64,000 nucleotides of DNA from positions 16,033 to 80,032 of IMG/VR virus record IMGVR_UViG_3300003177_000020. One strand, written 5' to 3'. Numbering within the stretch: position 1 is the stretch's first letter; every line of letters starts with the position of its first letter. Below, in pieces: positions 48,198-57,978 of this stretch. A model generated the notes under the pieces. It did not search any database. It was given only the letters and a program-made list of their open reading frames with translations, and had not been told where the DNA came from. This stretch comes from a virus. The translations under genes and the position numbers were made by a program.

Positions 48198-49261
48198 GTT
48201 CACGTCTGCGCAAACTCTCCACTGCTGCTTTTTTGGTGCATGATGAATTGTGTCGTGTGACAAAAGCAGATCCTATTGCTTCCACATTTGAAATTGACAA
48301 AAAAATTGTGAAAGCTGTCACACAGGCATGGTCGCAGGTGGCTTCAAAAAGTATCAAACCTGCAGTTGTGCAATTGATCCAGTCGAAACCTACCGCAAAA
48401 AGTATCGCTTTGTTTTCTGAAAAATTAGGTGTGAAGTTGGCGAAGCCTCTTACATCAAAACAAATTGATGCTATTCAAATTCAAATACAAAAAATATTTG
48501 CAATTTCTAAAAAGGCAGCATCCAAGCAAGCCAAGATTTCATTTAATTTTGCACAAGCAGATGCGGATGCCGTTGCGCTTATCAATCGCCAGCAGGTGTT
48601 CTGGATTGGTGATTTTTACGACGCACATTTATCGGCACGCATACAGGCTGTGGCAAAGGATATTCTTATCGAGCAGGGTTTGGATCGCAAGGATGCAGGA
48701 CGTGTATTAGAGGACGCAGTTTCTAAGGAATTTGGGCTTGCAGGTGAGACCAGATCCGAGTTTGCGCCAACTGTTCCTGCGCGGTATGCAGGGAACCCAT
48801 CTTTGTATTTTGATGCCGTTGTAAGCACGTCAGCACATCAATCCAGAACATTTGGGAAGGTTTCAGCATTCAATGATGCGGGGATTCAAACGATCCAGTT
48901 GATCAATCCCCTTGATCGCAGGACAGGTGTGATTTGTCAGCAACTTGCTGGGCAGGTTTTTACAACTGAGATTGCTGTGGATCATATGAACGGTGTTCTT
49001 GGTGCGAAAGATCCAAAGGATATTAAAAATATTGCGCCTTGGCTTTCTGGTTCACAGATTGAATCTATTTTGTCTGGCACACAAGTTGGTAGTCCAGCTG
49101 CCAGTGTGAAGCTATCAAAAGCAGGTGTAATGCTCCCACCGTTTCATGCTTTTTGTAGAACTGAACCTGTTGTTGTATCCGTAGATTTCGACACATCAAA
49201 GCTTCCCACTTCGGTTTCATCTTCTGGGAAAAATAAAGAAATAATACCATTCAAAAAATAG
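48194..49261 (+). CDS. Minor head morphogenesis protein (SPP1 gp7/MuF-like)
   Basis: D.RT..IC..L.G..F and PPFH.FCRT. Confidence 0.85.
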   Translation: MSSRLRKLSTAAFLVHDELCRVTKADPIASTFEIDKKIVKAVTQAWSQVASKSIKPAVVQLIQSKPTAKSIALFSEKLGVKLAKPLTSKQIDAIQIQIQKIFAISKKAASKQAKISFNFAQADADAVALINRQQVFWIGDFYDAHLSARIQAVAKDILIEQGLDRKDAGRVLEDAVSKEFGLAGETRSEFAPTVPARYAGNPSLYFDAVVSTSAHQSRTFGKVSAFNDAGIQTIQLINPLDRRTGVICQQLAGQVFTTEIAVDHMNGVLGAKDPKDIKNIAPWLSGSQIESILSGTQVGSPAASVKLSKAGVMLPPFHAFCRTEPVVVSVDFDTSKLPTSVSSSGKNKEIIPFKK

Positions 49262-49319
49262 TCATATTTGCAGATTATTTACACTGTGGATAAAATAGCG
49301 TTGTTTCTTATAGGGAGTT

Positions 49320-50843
49320 ATGATTATGGTTTCTGTGCAACAAGTGGTTGAGAATATTGCGGGTGCGAGTTCGGATGAGTTGATCCAAGCTCACAACGAG
49401 CTACATGCTATCTGGAAGTCTGGTGATGTGGAAGTCGAGCAAGCTGCAAAATTCAACGCAATTATTCGCGCTGTGCTGATTGAGAAGAATATCGCTCCCA
49501 CCGTGATCGATTCGGATTTGGATATGAGATCTGCAATCTGGATGGAAGAATCATCTTTATTTGATGTTGACAGTTCACCTGTTCACAAGATCCTTGCAGG
49601 TGAGAAACTGCAAATTGAAAAGGGTATTGGTGCCCAACTGTGGGGAAGTCCTGCTGGTAAAAGTAATATCGCAAAAAGGCTGCTTCCTATGTTCCCAGAA
49701 CATGATGCTTACACTGAATTGTTTTTTGGTGGAGGTGCTTTGTTTTGGGGTAAAGAAAAAGTTGAAACTGAAGTTGTGAATGATTTTGATGAAGAAATCG
49801 CATTTGCAATTAAGTTCACACGAGATATGACAGACGCAGATATTGAAAAGCTGAAAAAGATGAATTGGAATCCTATCAGCAAAGAAGAATGGGTGCGTTT
49901 GTTTAAGAGTGAACCTACAGATCCATTAGAGCGATATTATCGTTTTTTGAAAGTTCGTGTTTGTAGTTTCATGTCTCGTGGTTTGACTTTTTCTCCACAA
50001 CATTCTGGCGGTAAAAATATCCCTAAAAAGTTGGAACGTGCGCGGGAAAAGCTATCTGGTGTTCGTGTTTTCAATACTTCGTATGCGGATATAATCAAAC
50101 AATATGATAGCCCAACAGCTTTTCATTTCCTTGATCCTCCATATGTTAAGACGGATCAAGGTGTAGGTGAGAAGACATTTGATCACGAGCAGTTTTGGGA
50201 TATTTTAGCATCTCTTGATGGTAAGTGGATGGTGACATATCATATGTCACCATTTGATATGTTCGATGGTAAGTTCAAAGGTAAAGATTGGACTGTTGTT
50301 GAGATGGGGCATAGTCGCACGCGTGGTACTTCAGGGAATGGGGAGTACACAACAATTGTGACCATGAATTATCAACCCACAGAAGACCAGATCAAGTTTT
50401 GCACTACGAAACCATCAGATCGTCAAAAGGTGAAAAAACACGAGGCAGAAGACAACACTGATGTTTTGCGTTGGATACCTATTACAAAATCAGATACAAC
50501 ATCAGGTGATGCGCAGATTGTTATGGGTGTCGTGTTGGAACCTGATGGTGTGGATGCGCATGGGGATACGATTTCAGCACAAGAGATTGAAGATGCTGCG
50601 CACCAGTGGCTTGCAAAGTTTCAAAATGCAGGACTCATGCACTCTCGTCTTGTGAATGAAAAAGTGGAGTTGTACGAGTCTTATATTGCTCCTGTTGATT
50701 TTGAAATAGGCAGCGAACAAGTGAAGGCTGGTTCTTGGATTCTTGTCTATCATGTGCTGGATTCGGATTTATGGGCAGCAATTAAAAGTGGTGAATTAAC
50801 AGGATTTAGCATGGGTGGTTTTGCGCGACGTGTTGATCCTTGA
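49320..50843 (+). CDS. Fusion: D12-class DNA adenine methyltransferase + XkdF-like prohead serine protease
   Basis: SPAGKS, ELFFGGGALF, EVVNDFD, FLDPPY; then VMGVVLEPD..DAHGD, ESYIAP, GSW, IKSGELTGFSMGG. Confidence 0.92.
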   Translation: MIMVSVQQVVENIAGASSDELIQAHNELHAIWKSGDVEVEQAAKFNAIIRAVLIEKNIAPTVIDSDLDMRSAIWMEESSLFDVDSSPVHKILAGEKLQIEKGIGAQLWGSPAGKSNIAKRLLPMFPEHDAYTELFFGGGALFWGKEKVETEVVNDFDEEIAFAIKFTRDMTDADIEKLKKMNWNPISKEEWVRLFKSEPTDPLERYYRFLKVRVCSFMSRGLTFSPQHSGGKNIPKKLERAREKLSGVRVFNTSYADIIKQYDSPTAFHFLDPPYVKTDQGVGEKTFDHEQFWDILASLDGKWMVTYHMSPFDMFDGKFKGKDWTVVEMGHSRTRGTSGNGEYTTIVTMNYQPTEDQIKFCTTKPSDRQKVKKHEAEDNTDVLRWIPITKSDTTSGDAQIVMGVVLEPDGVDAHGDTISAQEIEDAAHQWLAKFQNAGLMHSRLVNEKVELYESYIAPVDFEIGSEQVKAGSWILVYHVLDSDLWAAIKSGELTGFSMGGFARRVDP

Positions 50844-50858
50844 ATATAGAGGTTTGTG

Positions 50859-51899
50859 ATGGCTGGTAACAACGCGGATGCTGCATTGGAAGATTTGGAA
50901 GTCCAAGAAGTTTCTTTTGTAGATGCTCCCGCAAATCGAAGAAAATGGTTAATTACGAAAAAGGAGGGCATTATGCCTCAAGGTGGGATTCTAGATATGC
51001 TTGGTTTTAAAGATAATGCACCAAGCAATGCTGTCGTGAAGCTGGAAGGATCGGACATGAAAATCAAGATCAACAAAGCATTGCAGCCTCAAGTTGAACA
51101 GATTCTTTCCGCAGCATTGGAAAAAATGACGAGTGTTGCTTCCAATGTTCCTGTTGATAAGGCAGAAGTTCCAGACGAGTGGTTGCAGCAGTTGTTTGAA
51201 GCACAGGCACAACTCGCAGCATTGCTTGAAGCCCTTTCAGGTGATGAGCCTCCATCTGAAGAATCCACAGATCCAAGTGAAGATTCAGAGATGGATAAAA
51301 TGGTGAAAGCTATTTCTGCTGGATTGTTGGAATTGGTCAACAAAGTCAAATCGGTGGACAAGGCTGCAACAAGTATTCCTTCAGAGATTCTCAAAGATCT
51401 TAATGCATTGGTTCAGAAGTTTGCTGCTGTGAAAAAAATGGCTGAGAAACCTGCGGGTGGATCTGGTTCTAGTGCTGATGGCATGGATGAAGAAGATCAA
51501 CAAAAAGACAAGCGAGATCATGTTGCAAAACTTGAAGTTTTCAAAGGCAATGGATCTGATGTTGTGTTGAAGCGTGGCGATAACTTGGTTACAACAAATG
51601 TTTCTGAGTTGGAAATCTTGCACAAAAATATTGTTGGTGTTCTCCAGCAAGTTGGTGGCTCCGTTTCAATCACAAAATCTTCTGACAGTGTTGATCGTAA
51701 TAGTTTGATTGAAGGTTTCGGGAAAATGGAAGAAATTGTCAAATCGACTGTTGGTGAATTGAAAACGGCAATTGCTGGTGTTCAAGAAAAAATTGAAAAA
51801 CTGGATGGTATTCATGGTGGTGGTAACGCTGCTTCTTCTGAAGAAACTCCATCCAGTGAAATCAAGAAGAATAACTCGATTTGGAATGGGATCTTCTAA
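50859..51899 (+). CDS. Capsid scaffolding protein (XkdF-associated)
   Basis: L.DL.V.EVSFVD.PAN.R...ITK, helical body, immediately before the MCP, ends WNGIF. Confidence 0.8.
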   Translation: MAGNNADAALEDLEVQEVSFVDAPANRRKWLITKKEGIMPQGGILDMLGFKDNAPSNAVVKLEGSDMKIKINKALQPQVEQILSAALEKMTSVASNVPVDKAEVPDEWLQQLFEAQAQLAALLEALSGDEPPSEESTDPSEDSEMDKMVKAISAGLLELVNKVKSVDKAATSIPSEILKDLNALVQKFAAVKKMAEKPAGGSGSSADGMDEEDQQKDKRDHVAKLEVFKGNGSDVVLKRGDNLVTTNVSELEILHKNIVGVLQQVGGSVSITKSSDSVDRNSLIEGFGKMEEIVKSTVGELKTAIAGVQEKIEKLDGIHGGGNAASSEETPSSEIKKNNSIWNGIF

Positions 51900-51961
51900 A
51901 TTTTACAAGAAACAATCAATCCACGTATAATGCATTTCAGTTTATATTGAAGGAGTAAAAA

Positions 51962-53158
51962 ATGCCAACAAATCAAGAACTCATCAACAAGGCTGCGATT
52001 ACAACCGATGCCATTGCAACCGCAGGAAAGTTGAATCCACAGCAGTCAGATAAATTCATCGATTATGTTTTTGATGAAACATCTCTCAAAGGCATTGGTG
52101 TTCGTACTGTCAAATTTCGCGAAAGTCAGCGTGAAATAAACAAAATCAATGTTGCAAATCGTGTCGCAGTTGCAGCCGATGAAGCAGCCGATCCCAAAGT
52201 TCGACGCGGTATTGCTACCAGTACAATTACACTCGAACCAAAAGAAATTATGGTTCCTTTCGAGATTGGTGATTTGCTTAAAGATCAAAACATCGAACAG
52301 GACAAAATCGAAGATACCATTGTGCGGTTGATGGCAACTCGCATGGGCAACAACATTGAAGAATTGTTTTTGGCGGGTGATGCCACAGGTCATGCCGTGC
52401 TTGAAAATGAACTTGTTGAAGGTGGTTCTTCAAATTTGTATCGCAAGGATCGTTATCTTGCCCTTTTCGATGGATTGCTGAAACTTGCGGAAGCTGGACA
52501 TGTTGTGGATGCTCAAAATCAGCAGATCAAACCAACTTTGATCTCTCGTGCATTGCGTTCGATGCCAAACAAATTCCGAAAAGATCGTAAGGCACTCAAA
52601 GCACTGCTTTCATGGGATCATGAGCAACACTACCGCGAAGGCGTATCCAGTCGTGCTACAAATGCTGGTGATGCTGCCTTGTCAGGTGAAGGTGCAATTT
52701 CTTCTTTTGGTGTTGATCTTTTGCCCATCAGTTTGCTTGAAAGTGATCCACGTTACACAGAGCATGTGATTCTTACAGGTACAACTCCTGTGCAACTTCC
52801 ACACACAAACATTTCTGAAGTGGTTGTCACGGTTTCCACATTGGACAAGACACCTGAAGCGGCTTTTATCGCAGGTACAGATTACAATGTTGATCTTGCT
52901 GCAGGAACAATTGTCCGTTTGGCTGGAGGTGCAATTTCCAGTGGGCAGACTGTGAAAGTCACATACAGAACTGCAGGTCGCATGATTATTACGATGCCAA
53001 AAAACATCATTATTGCGATGGGCAAAGACATCACAATTGAAAAAGATCGCAACATTTACAAGCGTGTGAATGAATATGCAGTGACTGCAAAAGTGTTTGT
53101 GACCTACGAAGAACTGGATGCCGTTGTATTGCTCAAGAACTTAGCTCTTCCTGTGTAA
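51962..53158 (+). CDS. Major capsid protein (HK97 fold) with Ig-like insertion
   Basis: G.LNP.Q...FI, NIE, .E.L...GD, DG.LK.A, A...MP.K, P.N.I, EE.DAVV; AAGGAG RBS. Confidence 0.92.
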   Translation: MPTNQELINKAAITTDAIATAGKLNPQQSDKFIDYVFDETSLKGIGVRTVKFRESQREINKINVANRVAVAADEAADPKVRRGIATSTITLEPKEIMVPFEIGDLLKDQNIEQDKIEDTIVRLMATRMGNNIEELFLAGDATGHAVLENELVEGGSSNLYRKDRYLALFDGLLKLAEAGHVVDAQNQQIKPTLISRALRSMPNKFRKDRKALKALLSWDHEQHYREGVSSRATNAGDAALSGEGAISSFGVDLLPISLLESDPRYTEHVILTGTTPVQLPHTNISEVVVTVSTLDKTPEAAFIAGTDYNVDLAAGTIVRLAGGAISSGQTVKVTYRTAGRMIITMPKNIIIAMGKDITIEKDRNIYKRVNEYAVTAKVFVTYEELDAVVLLKNLALPV

Positions 53159-53202
53159 TTTGCAGATTCTTTTTCTTTTTCATAGGATTTGGAGGTTTTA
53201 AT

Positions 53203-53496
53203 ATGGCAGCGCATGTGACATATTGGGGTGGTGCTTCTTATCGGATCGGATCGACACTGTTCCGCAAAGGTCGAACCGTGACTGTTCATGATGATGATAT
53301 TATTGAGCAATTGGATAACGATCATCGTTTTACAGTTGAACGGTTTGTAGCGAAAATCATCCGTAAGCCTGTTGGTGAGAAAACGGATGTTATTGATGTT
53401 ACCGAAGATCCAGAACCCAGTGGTACATCAAATGTGGAAGATACAGATCCCGAAACCAATTCTGAAGATACTCCCGAATCTGAACCTGCTGAATGA
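53203..53496 (+). CDS. Hypothetical head-region protein
   Basis: GGAGG RBS; acidic tail. Confidence 0.7.
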   Translation: MAAHVTYWGGASYRIGSTLFRKGRTVTVHDDDIIEQLDNDHRFTVERFVAKIIRKPVGEKTDVIDVTEDPEPSGTSNVEDTDPETNSEDTPESEPAE

Positions 53497-53593
53497 TTCC
53501 AATTCCATCCTCAATGTGACCCTATCGTATAATTCCACATTTCAATTTTGATCAAAATTATGAATTGAAGTACACTCTTGTCGGAGGTGTAAT

Positions 53594-53884
53594 TTGATTC
53601 TACAGCCGACGATAAGTTACCGCTTTTTACAAAGATCCTTGTTGATACCACAGGAACAACCTGATGGATCTAGGGTTCTTTTTACTTTTGCAGGTAAATT
53701 TCTGAATCGTTTGGATGCACAAGCATTTGTTTTTTATAACGGGCAGTTGTTAGAGGAAGGAACTCTTGCAGACTACACGTTATCCGAAAGTGCAGGTGTT
53801 GGGTCTGGGTTTGATGAATTGAGAACAAATTTTACACCAAAAATTGATGATAAACTGCGCGTCTTTGCGTTTTTGAAAATATAG
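53594..53884 (+). CDS. Virion structural beta-domain protein
   Basis: DG....FT....F......V..NGQ.L..G...DY..SES. Confidence 0.7.
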   Translation: MILQPTISYRFLQRSLLIPQEQPDGSRVLFTFAGKFLNRLDAQAFVFYNGQLLEEGTLADYTLSESAGVGSGFDELRTNFTPKIDDKLRVFAFLKI

Positions 53885-53893
53885 GGGTTTGGT

Positions 53894-54469
53894 ATGGCAC
53901 GCACGCTGCTTCGTCAAGATATTCAACTGCGATCTTCTGATTTGTATTCGGATGTAATTGCTGCGGGCATTACACTGGAAACAGGTGCTGCAAATTTAGA
54001 GGATGATCTCAACTCTGTGAGATCCCAAATCAATCGTGTTCTGGATTCGACAGGATCGGGTAAATGGTATGACGATGTTGCTACGATCAATACCAAAAAG
54101 CGTGGGTTGAAACAACTCAATACTGATCTTGATGGTCTTGAAGAAAAGAAACTTTTGTGTGCAGCTGCGTTGCTTACGGATGTTGTTGTACAGGCTGCAA
54201 ATAATTATGTGATACTCAATCAAGCAGCGGGTGAGACTCCATCACAAGTGATCGCTATTTTAGCTACAACTGATGGTGCTGTGGTTGCTCAGACTGCAAC
54301 CAGTGGTGGTGCTTTCGCTGTGCATGAATTGGATGCTGTTGTTGGTGCCGACGCATTGCATCCTAAAAACTTGGTTTCCGTTGTGGATGCTTCGACTGGG
54401 CAGATAATACATTCAAGGCAAATGGCATCGCACAGCTGCAAGTTACACTGGTTGAGATTGATCCTGTAA
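53894..54469 (+). CDS. Virion structural protein, probably truncated at ~54400
   Basis: MART..RQ..Q..S..Y.D, LE.DLN..RSQ; tail after TGQ looks out of frame. Confidence 0.65.
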   Translation: MARTLLRQDIQLRSSDLYSDVIAAGITLETGAANLEDDLNSVRSQINRVLDSTGSGKWYDDVATINTKKRGLKQLNTDLDGLEEKKLLCAAALLTDVVVQAANNYVILNQAAGETPSQVIAILATTDGAVVAQTATSGGAFAVHELDAVVGADALHPKNLVSVVDASTGQIIHSRQMASHSCKLHWLRLIL

Positions 54470-55128
54470 ATGCTGCTGGTATGTACAAATTGAATGTTGG
54501 CGGTCATGTCTCAGGGTTCAATACTTCTTTGATTTCAAATCACGTTGATGGTGACACTTACGTTTTTATGGCTGTACAGGATGGGTTGCCTTCAAATGCA
54601 GCCAATATGCCTCAATTTGGATCTGTGACAGTTGGCGGTTTTATTGATTTTGTGGATCAAGCAATCAGTCAAAATGCCGATCCATCAGAAATAACAAATG
54701 TCCTCCAATCGATGCGTTTGGATCAACTTATTTCTTCAAGTGCTGGAAACAATGCTCCTGCTGCTGGTTCTTTTATGCAGCAGATTCTTGATGGTTTGAA
54801 CCCCAATGCTTCGTTTGTTGTGCTGCAGAGTTTTTCTTACAGTACCACACAGGATTTGTTTGAGGGTTTGGTTTGGGTCGAAAAGGCAGGGCTTGTGTTT
54901 TCCACTCTTGCAGAAATGGGATCTTGTGTTGTGAATTTGTATGATTCGGATGGTAATTTGGTGCATACGGTTTCTGATCCTACTCCAGACACAAAAGGGT
55001 TTTATAAGGTGCAGATATCAACACCAAATTTATCAAAAGAGACATTGTATTACGCGGTGTCACAAGTGAGCATTTCTTCTGTTGCAGGAGGCTTCGTTTC
55101 TGGTGGTAAGGGTATGTTTACAATATGA
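54391..55128 (+). CDS. Virion structural protein, probably lacking its 5' end
   Basis: Frame open upstream of ATG 54481, reading FDWADNTFKANG..L.E.D...AG.Y. Confidence 0.6.
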   Translation, partial: FDWADNTFKANGIAQLQVTLVEIDPVNAAGMYKLNVGGHVSGFNTSLISNHVDGDTYVFMAVQDGLPSNAANMPQFGSVTVGGFIDFVDQAISQNADPSEITNVLQSMRLDQLISSSAGNNAPAAGSFMQQILDGLNPNASFVVLQSFSYSTTQDLFEGLVWVEKAGLVFSTLAEMGSCVVNLYDSDGNLVHTVSDPTPDTKGFYKVQISTPNLSKETLYYAVSQVSISSVAGGFVSGGKGMFTI

Positions 55129-55487
55129 TTTTGTATCCTGCAGGAGATAGAGAATCTCAAGTTTTATTTTTGGATGGCTTTCGTTTGCGCGATAAACACA
55201 TTGTTTCTGCCCGTGGTGCAGAGTCTCAAATTTTGTTGTTATTTCGTGTGGATCAAAAGTCAGTTGATGCTTGTGCGGATGTTTCGTTACTTCTAGATGC
55301 GGATAATTTGGTGAGTGTTATGCCTGATGCTTGTGTTCCTGTTGAGCTTAAAAATGATGCATCAAAAATAGTGGATTTGGATCTAGATAGAGATCTTGTG
55401 GTACAAATTATGGAAGATGCAGGTTTTTCTTTGGAGGTTGCAGTAGACGCGCAATTTGTGATTGTGGTTGAGGTGTGTAGTGAGTAA
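55125..55487 (+). CDS. Hypothetical structural-region protein
   Basis: ATGA overlap; D/V-rich. Confidence 0.6.
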   Translation: MILYPAGDRESQVLFLDGFRLRDKHIVSARGAESQILLLFRVDQKSVDACADVSLLLDADNLVSVMPDACVPVELKNDASKIVDLDLDRDLVVQIMEDAGFSLEVAVDAQFVIVVEVCSE

Positions 55488-55884
55488 GAAATACGATATA
55501 AATGCGATAACGCTTTCGCAGGGTAAATACAGATCGCTTCATGCAGGTGACTCGTACACACATGGTTTTACTGTTACACGATCTAATGCTCCATTGGATC
55601 TTACAGGTGCTAAGATTTGGTTTACGATAAAAGAAACATCACAACAGCAGGACACTCAGGCAAAGCTACAATTATCTTCAGATGATGTGAATGAGATCGA
55701 AATTACAGATGCCGTTGGTGGCAAATTTGATGTGAAGTTCACAGGATCTGGAGCCAAATCAACGTCTGACCTTGAGGGTTCTTGGCTTTACGATTTACAA
55801 ATAAAGTTGTCAACGGGTGAGGTTATCACTTTGGTTTATGGCAAAATAGAATTTTTGCGGAATATAACAAGATCCACAGTATAG
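55480..55884 (+). CDS. BppU-like Ig-fold structural protein
   Basis: GD......P.DLTGA...FT.K, ITD...G...V, T..L....YD.Q, T...G. Confidence 0.7.
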   Translation: MSKKYDINAITLSQGKYRSLHAGDSYTHGFTVTRSNAPLDLTGAKIWFTIKETSQQQDTQAKLQLSSDDVNEIEITDAVGGKFDVKFTGSGAKSTSDLEGSWLYDLQIKLSTGEVITLVYGKIEFLRNITRSTV

Positions 55885-55893
55885 GGGTGTCGT

Positions 55894-56274
55894 ATGAAAA
55901 AACCGTATTACAAGTTACACAGGACAGTATCTGCTATTGATCCTGTTTCTTTACCTGCTGTGTTGTCGTCTTTTGGTGGTGCGGTTTTCAGCCTTGTGGG
56001 GTTTGAAAGTGGGAGTGGGTTTGTTTCTTTTACAGGTGGAACAACACCACAAGTAACTTTGCAACCATTGGAACTGGTGAACCTACCAGATGGTACAAAG
56101 CGATTCATAAAGAATGGATCTCCTATTTCTGGTTTGCAGGATGGTGATCCTTTTTCTTTTCCTGCTGCTGGTGGCGGTCTGTGGCTACTTCAGGTGGTTG
56201 CATTATCAGGTGCGCCAACATCACTGGAGTTGTTTGTTGCTGGTGGTACACGCGCAAATGAGGGCAGCATCTAA
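55894..56274 (+). CDS. Hypothetical structural protein
   Basis: Operon ORF, beta-rich. Confidence 0.6.
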   Translation: MKKPYYKLHRTVSAIDPVSLPAVLSSFGGAVFSLVGFESGSGFVSFTGGTTPQVTLQPLELVNLPDGTKRFIKNGSPISGLQDGDPFSFPAAGGGLWLLQVVALSGAPTSLELFVAGGTRANEGSI

Positions 56275-57011
56275 TGGGTCGGTATATTACGAGTGCAGAT
56301 TTATATATGGAGGGTGTTTCGACTTCGTATAGCGACGCCTTTTTGGAATTGCGCATTGCCAAATGGGAGCGTGTTGTTGAGGAAATTACTCGCAATATCT
56401 TCTATGTTTACGATGCAGGTGAGCTTGTATTCGATGGTAGCAATTCTGAGTATCTGCATTTTAATATTCCCCTTGTAGATGTTTCTGCGATCAAGATAAA
56501 CAATTCCGATGAAATTCTTGATCCGCAATATTATCGTGCTTTTACAGGCAAACAAAAACCACAAGATGATCGTGGCAATCCAAAAATAATGCTCACACCG
56601 CAGCGCAGAAGTCTTTATGTTCGAACGAGTTCTTCTGTTTTCCTTAAGGGTTATGACCAGAAAATAACAGCGCGGTGGGGTTACGTTGATCCAGATCCCG
56701 TGAATGCGGGGCAATATATTACTCCTGTGTTGATTCAGGAAGCATTGAAGCAGCTTGTTGTTAAGGATTTGGATGGCTATTTTAGCAGCGGTGGTTTGTC
56801 GTCTTTGCCTGTATCTCCGATTAAGCGTGAGCGTACAGATGATCACGAGATCGAGTACATGCCGATTGAAACGATACGTGCGTCTTATTCCATGATGCCT
56901 CGTGATATACAGGAAATATTATCTTTTTACCGTTCCCCATTGCGCATAGCTGTGCCTGATAATCGGATCGGTGTAAAATCTGATATTTCTCGTTTGGTGT
57001 ATGCGATATGA
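56274..57011 (+). CDS. Head-tail adaptor protein
   Basis: Y.T..DL..EG, DG.....L, F..G.Q.I....WGY, P..I..A...L, L..YR. Confidence 0.75.
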   Translation: MGRYITSADLYMEGVSTSYSDAFLELRIAKWERVVEEITRNIFYVYDAGELVFDGSNSEYLHFNIPLVDVSAIKINNSDEILDPQYYRAFTGKQKPQDDRGNPKIMLTPQRRSLYVRTSSSVFLKGYDQKITARWGYVDPDPVNAGQYITPVLIQEALKQLVVKDLDGYFSSGGLSSLPVSPIKRERTDDHEIEYMPIETIRASYSMMPRDIQEILSFYRSPLRIAVPDNRIGVKSDISRLVYAI

Positions 57012-57427
57012 AACCACGATTGATTCACCCGATATTGGTGCATGTGAGACAGATACAGCGTACAAATACGCCTATTATTGATGACGATTTGCATGAACCA
57101 GTAGGACAGGCTTTACGAGACCAAAAGCCTGTGCCGTTGTACGCGCAAGTCAAAGAATTAGAGGATGCAGGTCTTCAAGTTTCTGTTGGCGGTCGTCTTG
57201 AAAATGTGAACGGCTATTTGCTCTTTTTGACTTCGGATTTGCATACCCTTGGCATTTCGTTGCAGATTGGTGATCGCGTTGTGCAGGTTGGTGAGGAATT
57301 GAATGCGCGTTACGTGGACTGGTATTTTGTAAAATTTCAACATCGCGGACATTATCCTAGTGCGAAAGGCGCAACGATTGTGAAGGCGTGGTTTTCGGAT
57401 CGGCAGCCTGTGAAGGTGCGAAAATGA
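57008..57427 (+). CDS. Head closure protein
   Basis: P.LIHP..V, D....EP, GY..F...DL, GDR. Confidence 0.65.
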   Translation: MKPRLIHPILVHVRQIQRTNTPIIDDDLHEPVGQALRDQKPVPLYAQVKELEDAGLQVSVGGRLENVNGYLLFLTSDLHTLGISLQIGDRVVQVGEELNARYVDWYFVKFQHRGHYPSAKGATIVKAWFSDRQPVKVRK

Positions 57428-57978
57428 AACTAGAAGGCTTTGACAAGTTTGCAGCTTTGATTCATCCGCAGAAGTTTGAACGTCGCTTACACAAAAATGT
57501 TGGGAAGGCTACACGCAAGGTTGGATTAGTTGCTGAGGGTAAAATAAAAGAGAGTATTTACAGCGGGGAATATAAACAGAACTCTGCTGTTACGGTTGCG
57601 AATAAAGGTAGTGCTAGACCTCTTGTTGATACGGGACAGTTGGTGCGATCCATAAATTCAAAAACGGTGGATTGGATGACTGTTGATGTGGGTGTGTTGC
57701 GCAAGGCACAGGTATCCTCGCATGGAAATAAAGATATTATCGATGTGGCGACTATTCTGCATTATGGCGCAACGATCAAGGTCACGCAAAAGATGAGAAA
57801 TTATTTTGCTGCGAAGTCGCGTGAGGAGCCTGATAAATGGCGTCCTATTCGATCCTCAACTCGTTTTATTGTAATCCCACCGCGACCATTTCTCAATGCT
57901 GCTGTGACACGAGGGCAGCAGTTTATATATAAAGAAATATGGGACTTAGCTGTTGAAGCTACATTTGCAGGTTTGTAA
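57424..57978 (+). CDS. Neck / tail completion protein
   Basis: N...T...KGS..PLVDTG.L..SI, .HYGA.I, IPPRPFL. Confidence 0.8.
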   Translation: MKLEGFDKFAALIHPQKFERRLHKNVGKATRKVGLVAEGKIKESIYSGEYKQNSAVTVANKGSARPLVDTGQLVRSINSKTVDWMTVDVGVLRKAQVSSHGNKDIIDVATILHYGATIKVTQKMRNYFAAKSREEPDKWRPIRSSTRFIVIPPRPFLNAAVTRGQQFIYKEIWDLAVEATFAGL

